A DNA stretch of 62,600 bases, counting the filler, from Squatina squatina (Eukaryota): assembly GCA_031763465.1 (NCBI GenBank). It is 4 parts of 3 records of this genome, joined end to end, with 100 filler letters (N's around TTAATTAATTAA, not from the genome) between each part and the next. Parts side by side here need not be neighbours in the genome. Positions count along the whole stretch, not along the records: positions 1 to 15,015 come from JARFOE010000013.1; positions 15,116 to 29,845 come from JARFOE010000004.1; 2 more parts are not named here. One strand, written 5' to 3'. The notes beneath the pieces are model-generated. The model was not told the DNA's origin. It did not search any database and was given only the letters and a program-made list of their open reading frames with translations. Position numbers and translations under genes: made by a program. Of the stretch, positions 11,434-23,155 are shown piece by piece (positions within the stretch are counted from its first letter, which is position 1; the number at the start of each line of letters is the position of its first letter).

Positions 11434-12481
11434 NNNNNNNNNNNNNNNNNNNNNNNNNNNNNNNNNNNNNNNNNNNNNNNNNNNNNNNNNNNNNNNNNNN
11501 NNNNNNNNNNNNNNNNNNNNNNNNNNNNNNNNNAGAGATCCACCCCATTCTAACGGCCAGTGATTATTGTTAGACTCTTTGGGAATAGGGTGATCCTGCG
11601 ATACGCATTAAAGCTACCCAATGTTGCTCATAAATGTGCAGGTTTGCCTGAGGTCCTGTCAAGTGTTTCATTACACATCACCACCGCTGCCCTGGTAATG
11701 AGTTCAGCCTTCACCATCTGTAAGCTGTGTGCACTTAGCGTATCCTGTCTCAGTCTGAAGTAAAAACCACCCTTTCAACTAATCAGCTCCACCTGTCTAC
11801 CTCCAGCAGCGCAGAAGTCTGGCTACTCCTGATATCACTTTAAGCATCTCACCCCCTTTTCAAAGCAATGGGAATAGAATTGTTAAATTGCTTTCGCACA
11901 TCGGTTTTGTGGGAGAAATGTGTTTTGGTTTTATTTGATTTTCCTCTTCGTTGCCTCCTCCCCGAGAGAGACACCCCACCCAGGAAAATATGAACAGAAT
12001 CATTCACACTCCACTGTGCTTTTGTTGCTCCAAGCACTCACAGCCACGGCAGTCTGGGGGGTGCTGAGTTCAACGTCATTGTGACGGTGCAAGTCTGTTC
12101 TGTTCTCTTCAGCACAAACTGTAGTTGTGACAGGCACAAGACATTTTAAAGCTTTGTACTGTCGATTTTAAAGACTCTTCACTGTAGCTTCGTGCTGAGT
12201 GAGTTGACTGATTCATAAGCAGTTTTCGTAGGTCATGTTTAAAAGCATTGTTGACCAAAATCCTTTACCTAAAGGTGGTGTTTCATGCTGACACAAGCTG
12301 TCAGCCTTGGTATCTTACCCAAGTGGCTATGCTTCAGTTAGGAGCCCGCACAGTGAACGTTTGCAGGTTTTTCAATCNNNNNNNNNNNNNNNNNNNNNNN
12401 NNNNNNNNNNNNNNNNNNNNNNNNNNNNNNNNNNNNNNNNNNNNNNNNNNNNNNNNNNNNNNNNNNNNNNNNNNNNNACCA

Positions 12482-12492
12482 TTTATTTTATT
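12482..12492 (-). promoter_or_regulatory. Candidate HAS2 polyadenylation signals
   Basis: Overlapping AATAAA hexamers on the minus strand at the distal end of repeat-poor sequence downstream of the HAS2 stop. A gap intervenes. Confidence 0.3.
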
Positions 12493-14637
12493 TACTTCGG
12501 AAAATGAAGTCAATTTTAACCAGGAAATGTAAACAAAAATCAACGTCTAGCAGACGCAATATAGTTACTCATAATCCCAGATAAAAACCTATAGATTCCA
12601 CCTCTCACTAGAATGTCTTGCTCACTCATGACAATTTGCTCACAATGTATAAAAAAACCTCAAAATGGATTTTTTTCAAAGTCGGGCGTATGAGAATCAC
12701 ACCTGTTTTTGTTTACAAACGGTCGTTTGCAAGTGTTATCAGCATTTGATATTTTCAATTATTACATGTGCGTTAAGCCCATAAATACTCCGTAGAAATG
12801 TCAAGTTGTCACACAGAAGCAGGAGGTGGGGGCAGAGGGTGGAGAAAGCCAGGGGACTTCCTCTCGGGGACAAGTACGAACCTTTGATCCACCCAATGAA
12901 GGCATATTGTTCAACAACCAACTGATTGCTGTTAAATGTCTTGTCCTGTCATACATCACTTATATATCTTTTTAATCTGGTGCTTTTTATCTAATAGTGG
13001 TATGCAATTATTCCTCAATGACCCTTATACTTTCATTCATAATTCCAAGACTTTGGAAAAGTTGAACCTTATCGTTTCAAAAACAAAATGGGATTAGTTA
13101 GCCCACAGGATTGTTTTTTTTTGCATCATCACTTAACTTCAGCAGGCAGGGTGGGTTTAAACAGAGCACGGACTTCAACAACGCTCCGGTAGTAGGCTAA
13201 CGCTCACAGTAGTGTGAATTAGAAGACCTTTGGTTCTTCCCCTCTCCTCAGCCCACCCCTTGACAAGATGGAGTGCTGGGCTCCCACAAAGCACTTGAAT
13301 CGCACTAGTAGCTGCCAATATCAAGTGATGGGGAACACTGCCTCCTTGCCAAACTGGTTTGAAAGCCATCATTGAACCTGGCACTGACCTGCCTATATAA
13401 TAACTCTTGTGTGAACAAAGAAAATGCTAAAACATATTGAGACGCCAATGTGTTTTCCAGCTCCACTTTAGTGCTTGACCTGACGCCGATTTGATTGACA
13501 CTGGACATTCCGCATTGGTGTATGTTAGCATTGTCATCGGTATAAAATCAGTTGTTGTAACATTTCACATTTTCATTCACATATTCACATAAGTCATTCA
13601 AGGAAAAGGTTAATAATGGCGACAAAACTTTGGTTTCATTATTTAAAAAAAAGAACAATCATAAGATATGCAGAATTCGGATCACTCCATTCTGCTGTTT
13701 CCGTGAAAATGCAAATATAAGTAAACTTACACAAAACAAAACTACAGCATCAGCCTATGTTCTGAAAATTTTAAAAATGTCAACTTGCAGGCCCCTAAAA
13801 CCAATAGTTGTTATGGAAGTACAGTCAGGGTCCATTTTCTTTCACTCAGTCAATATGGCTTGGTTTGACATCCACTGGGGATGCCTGAAGGAGTGGGCGA
13901 TAGAATCGTTTCAATGTTAAGATCCACCCCACTATCCACAAGCACTGCCGGTGAGGTATTCTGAAACACCATCAAGCATTTTGCCCAATGAGAAAAAAAG
14001 TGCAGAGACATCAAANNNNNNNNNNNNNNNNNNNNNNNNNNNNNNNNNNNNNNNNNNNNNNNNNNNNNNNNNNNNNNNNNNNNNNNNNNNNNNNNNNNNN
14101 NNNNNNNNNNNNNNNATGGAAACGAGACCCAGGAGTCTGTCCAGACTTGTGGCTCACCTCACATTAGCAACAAGAGTTAAGGGCTTTTGAGAGAAGTGTC
14201 TATGGAGATAAAATTTCAGTTCCTGAAATAAACTAAATTCAGATATAATAGCAGGCATTAATTTGGTCCTGTGAGTGTTCTATCTGCATCTCAGCCCAAA
14301 ATCAATCAGGATCATCACCAAAGCACAATCGTCACTGACCCAGAAAAACAAAGCACATGCAAGTAGAGCAAGTCGGAAAAGTTGAGAATCTCAAACCCTC
14401 AATAAACCAAATGGCGTCCTGTGTACCTAGCAAATCAGTTTGATGTTCCTGGCACTTTTAAGCTAGCAATGAACATTCACTGTGGAAAATCTCCCAGCAG
14501 AGCAGGTACTATGCAAATCCACAGAGCCAGGCCAGTCAGTAAGTTCTTGGGAAACATCACAGCACTAGGAACTAACTAAAGATTTTCACTTGCTGTTGGT
14601 AACTGCTCAATAATAATGATAGGTGCACATGTAAACA

Positions 14638-15015
14638 TCATACATCAAGTACCATGTCATACTGCTGTTCCTTTCTCCGCCGACAGCATTTGGTGATGAG
14701 GACAATGTACAGAGTTAACAGCAAGACCCAGTAGCAGGCGTAGAGGATTGCCCCAATGATGAGAACTGTCTGCTCCGAATCGGAAAAGGGGTCGCGGGTT
14801 TCGTTGTATATGGTGTACATGACCCCTCCCAGAAGTATACTGAACCACACCGACACTGGGATCAGCCCAATGAAGTTCACCACAATGGTTTTTCTTCCCG
14901 ACGTCCCCCAGCCTGCTTTGTTTATGGTGGCGATTGCAAACATCTTGGCCGGCAGTAAACTCGACATGTACAGCACCGAGTACAGCGACATGAAAATCAT
15001 CACAATGTTGCCCCG
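14638..15015 (-). CDS. HAS2: Hyaluronan synthase 2, 3' part of last coding exon
   Basis: GNIVMIFMSLYSVLYMSSLLPAKMFAIATINKAGWGTSGRKTIVVNFIGLIPVSVWF...KEQQYDMVLDV*; the QQYDMVLDV terminus is diagnostic of HAS2. 5' end cut by a gap. Confidence 0.95.
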   Translation of the reverse strand, partial: RGNIVMIFMSLYSVLYMSSLLPAKMFAIATINKAGWGTSGRKTIVVNFIGLIPVSVWFSILLGGVMYTIYNETRDPFSDSEQTVLIIGAILYACYWVLLLTLYIVLITKCCRRRKEQQYDMVLDV

Positions 15016-15059
15016 NNNNNNNNNNNNNNNNNNNNNNNNNNNNNNNNNNNNNNNNNNNN

Positions 15060-15071
15060 TTAATTAATTAA
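15060..15071. other. Artificial scaffold linker TTAATTAATTAA (stops in all six frames) within N44 flanks
   Basis: The same 100-bp N44+12+N44 block occurs three times. Confidence 0.95.
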
Positions 15072-15306
15072 NNNNNNNNNNNNNNNNNNNNNNNNNNNNN
15101 NNNNNNNNNNNNNNNTTTTCTTATGTTCTCCAAACTCATGAATGTCTTATCTCATTGTTACACAATTCTCACTCTATTACCCGAAATATAACATATATAA
15201 GGAGAATAAGGCTAGACTATATGAGATAAGATAAGTAGGATAAATACTAAAATAATTTTACAGAAAAATGAAAAATGTCCAGATCCAATGAAAAAAGCTT
15301 TGTTAC

Positions 15307-15610
15307 CTGAGGCATACGATGTATGTTTAACAACCTTGCAACTGAAATGCTGATTTCTGAGTTAGCAGCTCCTATAACTGCCCTTACTATTGGCAAATAA
15401 TCTGTATAATTACACTGAACTTTAACACAGTTGTCTGAAGAGTTGGATTTAGAAAGGAACCTCAAGCTTGCTCTCAGTGCTATTGTTGGCTCCGTACAAG
15501 TGTCATGTAGTTCATATCCCAGTTTGATTCCAGGTAACAGAGTCGAATTGTTTACCATCTCTATGGAGTGGATCATGGCAAGCGCTTTTACAAAACCTCG
15601 CACGTCAAAC
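15307..15610 (-). CDS. GPRC6A: GPRC6A-like class C GPCR, Venus flytrap exon 2
   Basis: 304-bp exon with ttcAG acceptor and GTAACA donor. FDVRGFVKALAMIHSIEMVNNSTLLPGIKLGYELHDTCTE...VRAVIGAANSEISISVARLLNIHRMPQ; AMIHSIEMxNNSTLLPG and LRFLSK fit GPRC6A rather than CaSR/V2R. Orthologue versus paralogue is unresolved. Confidence 0.8.
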
Positions 15611-15780
15611 CTGAACATCAGAGAGTAACAGAAATAGAAATAAGAATGGTAAATTATAAACAGATGCATTGGATGTACAGNNNNNNNNNNNNNNNNNNNN
15701 NNNNNNNNNNNNNNNNNNNNNNNNNNNNNNNNNNNNNNNNNNNNNNNNNNNNNNNNNNNNNNNNNNNNNNNNNNNNNNNN

Positions 15781-16260
15781 CCTCACCTTCTCTCACGATT
15801 ACTTCTTGGATCAAAAATCTTTGGGGGAGAAAGTGGGCGACTATGCCTCTCCCGTTAATGTCCCCGGGCCCCAAATGTGTTTGCGAACGGGTGCGGAGCT
15901 GTTAATGACTCCCACCATATTGGGCCCGGAGACCGTGATATCATCAACGTGTGCATCGCCCTGTTAGCGGCTCGGACCCGAAATTAGGTTTCGCCTCCTG
16001 CAGCAGCTTCAGGGGTTGTGTATCGGGCGGTTGGCCACTACTGGGGCTAAATTTAAAGAGGACGTGGCTGAGTGCTGAAAAAAAACACGCCTTTTCGTTG
16101 CTGCTCCCGATGCGGTTTCTTCGCGGGGTTTGGGGCTGCGGTCGCTCATTCCGTGCCAGCAGAGCACTACGTGGCAAAATTAGCTTGGGCATCCTGGAGT
16201 TGTCCAGGGTGCATGCCTGTAGCCAGCCTAAGGCCCAATTCCTACCTGAATCCAGGGCCC
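15781..16260. mobile_element. GC/CpG-rich non-autonomous DNA transposon end (Harbinger-like)
   Basis: CpG-rich block ending TGAATCCAGGGCCC, similar to other Harbinger-type termini in the window. Confidence 0.35.
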
Positions 16261-16409
16261 AACGTCTGTTTCAGGACCCTTTCCTTCAAGTGATCATGGC
16301 TGAGCAACAATCAAACCACCATAAGTATTTTCAAACCTGTTAATTGTTCACTACTTAATCTTGTAAGTATCAACCTTAGTGTTGGACCAATCTACATGCA
16401 GATACTGAC

Positions 16410-16535
16410 TTTCATCACACTCGATCTGTTTCAGGCATTCCATCTGGGAGTTACTGTGCTCCAGGTACTCGCCTTCCTCACAAGGTTTGCAGTCAACGGG
16501 TTGGTCCGCAGTGCAGGGGGCAGAGAGATAGAAGC
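16410..16535 (-). CDS. TNF receptor superfamily cysteine-rich-domain exon (CD40/RANK type)
   Basis: 126-bp phase 1-1 exon (ttttAG ... GTCAGT): GFYLSAPCTADQPVDCKPCEEGEYLEHSNSQMECLKQIECDE with C-x7-C-x2-C-x14-C-x5-CD spacing. Confidence 0.8.
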
Positions 16536-17484
16536 CTAAAACACAATACACAGCGTTAGCATCAGCACAATTCTTCCGATGCTGGCACACTTCACTAGTC
16601 GCGATTTACTGCGTATCGTTCTGGTCACCACAGTATAGGAAGGATGTGAGTGCACTGGAGAGGGTACAGAGGCGAGATACCAGGATGTTGCCTGGANNNN
16701 NNNNNNNNNNNNNNNNNNNNNNNNNNNNNNNNNNNNNNNNNNNNNNNNNNNNNNNNNNNNNNNNNNNNNNNNNNNNNNNNNNNNNNNNNNNNNNNNGGGA
16801 TCAGTGCAAAATATCTCTCACCTTGATGAGCCCAGCAAGGAAAAATTGATTATAATCCATATTTATAAAATTAGGCTAATTATCCAAAAAGGTATCGCAT
16901 GGGCTGCCTATTTTGCACTCTGCCCAATATTCCATTCCTTTGAGGTCAGATGGAACTGACATGGGCAGGGCATAGAACAGGAAGCCCATGTAATACCGGC
17001 CAAGGTGAATTTTTACCTCACTCTATGCTAATCACTTAAAATTGAAAGGATGAATTTATTTGAAGTTTTAATGTCAGTTTCGGTCAGGGCCAGTAATTCA
17101 CGTGTAAGCGTGTATGTGCTTTTCTCCCCCTTAATTTGGTGAAGTAGAAATCCTCTCTCTGTTTCCTCTTCATCAAGACCATATATCGCAACCCTATCAA
17201 AAAGGCAAACACAGCTTTGCCAATGGCACCCTATAATTGGCTAACAAGATGTGCAGCCCTGGGTTGACTGATCCTCTGTGTCCCCTCCTCTTCACCTATC
17301 CTGGGCAACTGAAATCAGGGCTTCACCACCTATGGACTTCAACAGTGCACACAAATCCATATATTATCTCTCCCAGAGGCAGCACTACACCTCTATGCTT
17401 CCCGTAAGAAGCAGGTATGTTTGAGTTATTGTTGCTTAGTTACAGACAAGTAACAATTCACTTAATCTATGTGTATTGCCAAGA

Positions 17485-17815
17485 TCTCAGCCTTAGCTCA
17501 GTGGTAGCACTTGTGGATCTGAATCAGAAGGCTATAGGTTCAGGTCCTACTGCAGGACTTGAGCACATAATCTAAGCTGACACTTCAGTACAGTACTGAG
17601 TGAGTGCTGCACAGTTACAGGTGCTGTCTCTGGGAGGAGATGCCCTGTCTTCCTTCTCAAGTGGACGTAAATGATCCCATGGCACTAGTTGAAGAAGAGT
17701 GGGGGAGTTCTCCTGGTTTTCTGGCCAATATTTATCTTTCAACAAACATCACTAAAAACAGGGTATCTGGTCACTGTCTCGTTGCTGTCGTAAAAGGCGC
17801 TATATAAATGCGAGC
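17485..17815 (+). mobile_element. DeuSINE, full length
   Basis: A box TAGCTCAGTGG, B box GGTTCAGGTCC, Deu domain, and 3' tail AAAGGCGCTATATAAATGC. Confidence 0.85.
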
Positions 17816-17864
17816 TCTGTATTATCATTTTACTTTCACAAATTTACGATACTCACAAAACAAA

Positions 17865-18100
17865 TTAAAGAGGAGGTTAGAAAAATGTATTTACAGAGAG
17901 GGTGGTTAGAATATGGAATTCCCTGCCACGAACTATTGTTGAAAGAGAGTCTATAAATTCTTTAAAGGAGAATTAAATAATTGATTGAAATAATAAAGAG
18001 CATGGGAAGAGGGCAGGAGAGTAGGATTACATGGTGAGAAACACTGGTGCAGACCTGATAGAATAAATAGCCTTTTTCTGTGCTGTAACATTCAGTAATT
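17865..18100 (+). mobile_element. Degraded CR1 3' end
   Basis: FTERVVRIWNSLP-like coding remnant followed by a GAATA...GCCTTTTTCTGTGCTGTAA tail. Confidence 0.55.
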
Positions 18101-18107
18101 CCATAAA

Positions 18108-18525
18108 GTGTCAGTTTGGATAAGTTAGTAGCACTCTGAGCTAAGATGTTGTGGGATTAAGTCCCATTGGGGCATGTAATTTGGGAAATTCAGGTGAAAG
18201 GTCATCGACCTGAAACATTAACTCTGTTTCTCTCTCTGCAGATACTACCTGGCCTGCTGAGTGTTTCCAGCATTTTCTGTTTTTTATTTAGGAAGACACT
18301 TCAATGCACTACTGAGGGAGTGCTGCATTGTTGAGAGTGTCACCTTTCAGGTGAGATGTTAAACCAAGGCTTAGCCTGTTTAGTGGTTCAGGTGGATGTA
18401 AATGACCCCATGGCACCATTCAACCAAGAGCCACTGAAAACAGATTAACTCTCATTCATCTCATTTGCTGTTGACTTTAATGTGCAAAAATTGGCGACAG
18501 TGTTTGATATAGGGTAACAGTAACA
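18108..18525 (+). mobile_element. Old DeuSINE interrupted by a Penelope-type tail (18193-18290)
   Basis: SINE head at 18108-18185 resumes at ~18295 (GACACTTCAATGCACTACTGAGGGAGTGCTGC); the insert matches 55733-55826. Confidence 0.65.
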
Positions 18526-21500
18526 GTAAATTAAAAAAAAATCTAATTAATGGGGAGTGAAGCCCTTTCTTTGGGACGTTCTGGGGTTGTGATAAGACAC
18601 TATGGCCGAGAATTTTCTCAGAGCTGTTCTCGTTTCACCAGCATAACGTTGCCGAGTGGTGATACTGAGCAGAAGTGGAAACTTACTGGTATGGGAGCAT
18701 ACTATGTTCAGCAGCAAGTTGACAGTAAAGTTTCCATACAATACAAAAATTGAAGTAAGGTGCTTTAGCAATCCGGACTGCATTGTATTAAATTCCGTAG
18801 GGGCTTAACACACATACATAATACACGTTAGTCCTGGAACTTCAGGGTTGCTTACAGTGCGAGCAAAAAATACAAGTGCAGATGGTGTTATATTTTTGTT
18901 GTCTGCTTGCTGTTTCCTTGTCTCTGGGGATACATCTTCTGAGAGTTTATGTTATTATCCACTATAGTTTCCTTTGTTTTCATTGCCATTTTGCCCGCCT
19001 CCCATCTTGAGTTTGAGACTTCAATCCAACATTCCAGATGAAGAAGGTGAAGATGTCACTTCCTTTTTCTTCTCAGATGTGCTTACTCNNNNNNNNNNNN
19101 NNNNNNNNNNNNNNNNNNNNNNNNNNNNNNNNNNNNNNNNNNNNNNNNNNNNNNNNNNNNNNNNNNNNNNNNNNNNNNNNNNNNNNNNNNNNNNNNNNNN
19201 NNNNNNNNNNNNNNNNNNNNNNNNNNNNNNNNNNNNNNNNNNNNNNNNNNNNNNNNNNNNNNNNNNNNNNNNNNNNNNNNNNNNNNNNNNNNNNNNNNNN
19301 NNNNNNNNNNNNNNNNNNNNNNNNNNNNNNNNNNNNNNNNNNNNNNNNNNNNNNNNNNNNNNNNNNNNNNNNNNNNNNNNNNNNNNNNNNNNNNNNNNNN
19401 NNNNNNNNNNNNNNNNNNNNNNNNNNNNNNNNNNNNNNNNNNNNNNNNNNNNNNNNNNNNNNNNNNNNNNNCAGCTTTGGGCAGAAAAGAGTTCATCTGG
19501 AAGGAGGTGTCTAGCTACAGTGAGTAGGTCCCTTCTCAATATCTTTTGCCTTGTGTGATTTTAAGCAGAAAATTGGCATAGATATTTGAAGCTGCAACTG
19601 CAGCCGATGATTCAAGAACTGCTGTGCTGAAGGAGCCTCCAGATTACAACATTAAACTGAGGTAAGATCCTTAAGTGAATCTGGTAAAACAAACATAGAT
19701 TTGTCATACTCTAATCGGAATGAAAACAAAATGTATTAGAGCAACAAAAGAGTTAAATAAAGTCGGGCTTGGCTTGCCGTTTCTCTTTTCAGTGCATAAA
19801 CCAGCTGTAGCTCAATTAGACTAAATTGCCTTTCTCCCTAGCCACACACACACTGATTCAATTAAAGTGCATTTATACTACCACCATCATATTGGTGCGT
19901 GCATGGTTGGATTAACACAGTCATAAAGTTATAAGTCAAAATCCTGTTTTGTGCTGGAATGAACATAGAAAATGTTCACTGGTGCAAGTGTTCAGGTACA
20001 CTGGTACACTGCCATTCTTTCTAGTTAAGTCATAAAGATGTTGAAATTCCCAACTTTGCCAATTTTAACAAAAAAAGTAGGTTAGAATCCAAAAGTGGTG
20101 GATTGCGGGTAGAAAGGATTAGCAAGCTATTTTTCCATGTTTAGTGCCATTTCTAGTATTTTCAATCCTTCAAATATGTATTACTAAAGGTCAGCATGCA
20201 GTGAGAGAATGAAAAAACCTTTGCTTATCGAGGTTATGTTAAGGTTATTAATGAGAAGCTTTTGTAGTATTTCACTGATGCACAATCAAAACAAAAATTA
20301 TTTTACTCCAGTAATTGGTACTAGTGGGCTTAACAAACTGGAGAGTTTAAAGTATCACTGCAGCGGTGTCAGAAATGAATAGTACACGGGGATTTTTCTC
20401 AGGAGATATGGGTGTAGCAACCATCAGTGGATAAATCACAGTAGAGCACAAGGAGGAGGAGAGTGTGATTTGGGAGCGCAGAGGGCATAGGAGGTGAGCA
20501 ATTCACAGTAGATGCTAATCCAGGCAGCTAATATATCTGAAAAGAGCCAGCTATCTGAGCATCATGGNNNNNNNNNNNNNNNNNNNNNNNNNNNNNNNNN
20601 NNNNNNNNNNNNNNNNNNNNNNNNNNNNNNNNNNNNNNNNNNNNNNNNNNNNNNNNNNNNNNNNNNNNNNNNNTCCACATCAATACATTACAACATTACA
20701 TTAATATAGAGGAATCTTTCAGGAAATGTTACAGGAATCAACCACTTTGTTTGCCTTTCGTGCAACTGGTAATTTCTTTATTGCCCAGTAAAAGAATGAC
20801 AGGCCGCAAGGTGTAGTAAAAATGAATTAATTTTATTCAGTTGTCCAATGGTAACAGTCTATGAGGTTAATGTTCTTTGCTGAAGCATTTGTCTCTTGTG
20901 TGCTTAAATCTCTCTATGTTGGCTGTGCATGGATCTGACTACTACAAGCTTCTATGGTTAATGGAGTAGCAATGGTAGGATCCTTTACATACAACTGGTG
21001 TGCTGGTGGAGATACAAAACCGATGTGTTGCAGGGGATACAAAAGACTCACAACCTGAACCTGCAACTAACCCTGGAGCATCTGCATCAGTAGTGAAAAT
21101 CTTCTTTGCTTGAATTGCTGTGGGCTCATTGTTTTCAGAATTGGCACCTGTTGTGACTTCTGCAGGGCTACAAGGTGGCACAAAACTGACATGAATGCCA
21201 ACTTGCTGCTCCAGTGCTACGTTCTGCAGGCTACTGCTGCAAGGCATCTCTTCCAATTGCCCACTAACCTGTCCAAGCATAGAACAGGGGCACCTTGGAA
21301 TTCCTGCCCTCATTGTTGCCTTCATCTGATCTCAAGTGAGTTGAAGCCAGCTATGACTACATCTTAGAGTTTGAACTCCAGAGCCTCCATAGCAACATTT
21401 ATGAGCGATGCTCCTTCTGTGATTATGGTCTATTTACTGAAGATTTCACTGATATTGCTGCCCCATCATCATCAATGCTTAGTGCCTACCATGTGATTCC

Positions 21501-22971
21501 TGAACACCAAAATTTACTTCCATCAAAGTTCCGTATCAGTGCTGGTGATCAATTCCTGATAAGTGGTAACAGTTGATGGTCTAGTGAGTGATGCACCTTG
21601 GATTCAGTTAGAGGGTGATTCCATTTTCCTTTTTCTGTGAACAGAACAGATGATACATTATGGTAAATAACTATGCTAATCCATAGGGGTACTGAATTGT
21701 ACATGTCTGATTATACACTTGGTTGCAATCAGCATGTGTGAACAAGTTGATGCAACATATTGTACAAATCATAGTGATATAAATATCGTGCACTATGCGC
21801 TGACCCTTTCCCAGCTGACAGCAACAGTTTTAACCTCACCGGATTAAAATATGATTTGTGATTGATTTCTGCCATCAAAATTATTAGAAATCTATTTCAT
21901 AATTCATGACTGCAAAGTGTTAAGAAAGAAAAATAATAGACAGCAGACAGTGAAGGTTTAAGACAAAACCAACTGCCTTCAGGCTACAGAAGTAAAAGAA
22001 TTAAGTCGTGGAGAAAAGTATACAATGAAAACTACTCTAACTACATGAGAACATTGTATCCCTAACAATCCACATACATGAAGAAAACAGCAGCAGGTTG
22101 GTTCATGGAAAGCTGTAAAGTTAACATTACAGCCTGTATTAATATTATGCTCTGTTTTTGCCAGCAACGCTAGTTGGCGCCAACATTCCAGCAACAGAGA
22201 AATGCAGCAGCATTTTATTATGGACATACCTGAATTAAATAATATTTTTAATTGACATTTAAAACGACTATAAAACATCTCTGACAAACAGCATCAGCAG
22301 GGAGCACCAATATACTTCCCAGTCAGATGAGCAGACGTTTTAATATTTGTAGCAATAACAACTACTTGAATTACAAAACTCTTGGAACACAGGCCTGATG
22401 CAGATTCCGTCTCCTCCCTTAAATCCTTTCCACCTCCCATTATTTCACAATTTCCTTTCTGGGAAGAGTTTTTTTGGATTAAGAACAGAACCATTCTAGT
22501 GACAACACTGGTACAATGTTGTTGTAGGATCATGCACTATGTTTAATGGCAGGCTATGTCCATGTCACTTTATGGAAATACAAAAATGTTCAAAACTAAA
22601 ATAATGTGAATCAGCCTAATGATTTTAACATTTACTGTGCTTCAGTTTAAATGACGCAACATTGGTTTAACTATAGCTTCAAGGAAAAAGCACAAAAGAT
22701 TCTTTAACACAAAGGTAAGTCATTTTAACTTTACAATAAATGAGGTGCTGTGATTTTATATAAACTTGGTAAAAACAGAAATCAGTGTCTAAACTTTAGT
22801 TCTTGCTCTAAAATTATGTAAACACAGGACATGAATAGCAGCTTCTCACTGTTCCAAAATATAGATATTATNNNNNNNNNNNNNNNNNNNNNNNNNNNNN
22901 NNNNNNNNNNNNNNNNNNNNNNNNNNNNNNNNNNNNNNNNNNNNNNNNNNNNNNNNNNNNNNNNNNNNNNN

Positions 22972-23155
22972 TGTGGTGAATAGCATAGATGTATTTAAGA
23001 GGAAGCTAGGTAAATGCATAAAGGAGAAAGGAATAGAAGGATATGCTGCTGGGGTGAGTTGAAGAGGGATGGGAGGAGGCTCGTGTGGGGGATATGCACC
23101 AACATGAATTAGTTGGGTTGAATGGCCTGTTTCTGTGCTGGACATTCTATCTAAT
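22972..23155 (+). mobile_element. CR1 3' end
   Basis: FKRKLGKCIKEKGIEGY remnant and TTGGGTTGAATGGCCTGTTTCTGTGCTG tail. Confidence 0.7.

Noticed and set aside
15060-15071. TTAATTAATTAA as a piggyBac site or homeodomain element
   Set aside because: Occurs three times, centred in identical N blocks; an assembly linker.
17146-17414. Possible exon ending CAG|GTATGT
   Set aside because: No frame is open from a plausible acceptor and no protein was recognised.
17485-17560. tRNA gene
   Set aside because: The A/B boxes belong to a SINE head that continues into the Deu domain; no cloverleaf.
18974-19558. ORFs spanning N runs (also 59192-60205 and many others)
   Set aside because: Their length comes from X residues across gaps.
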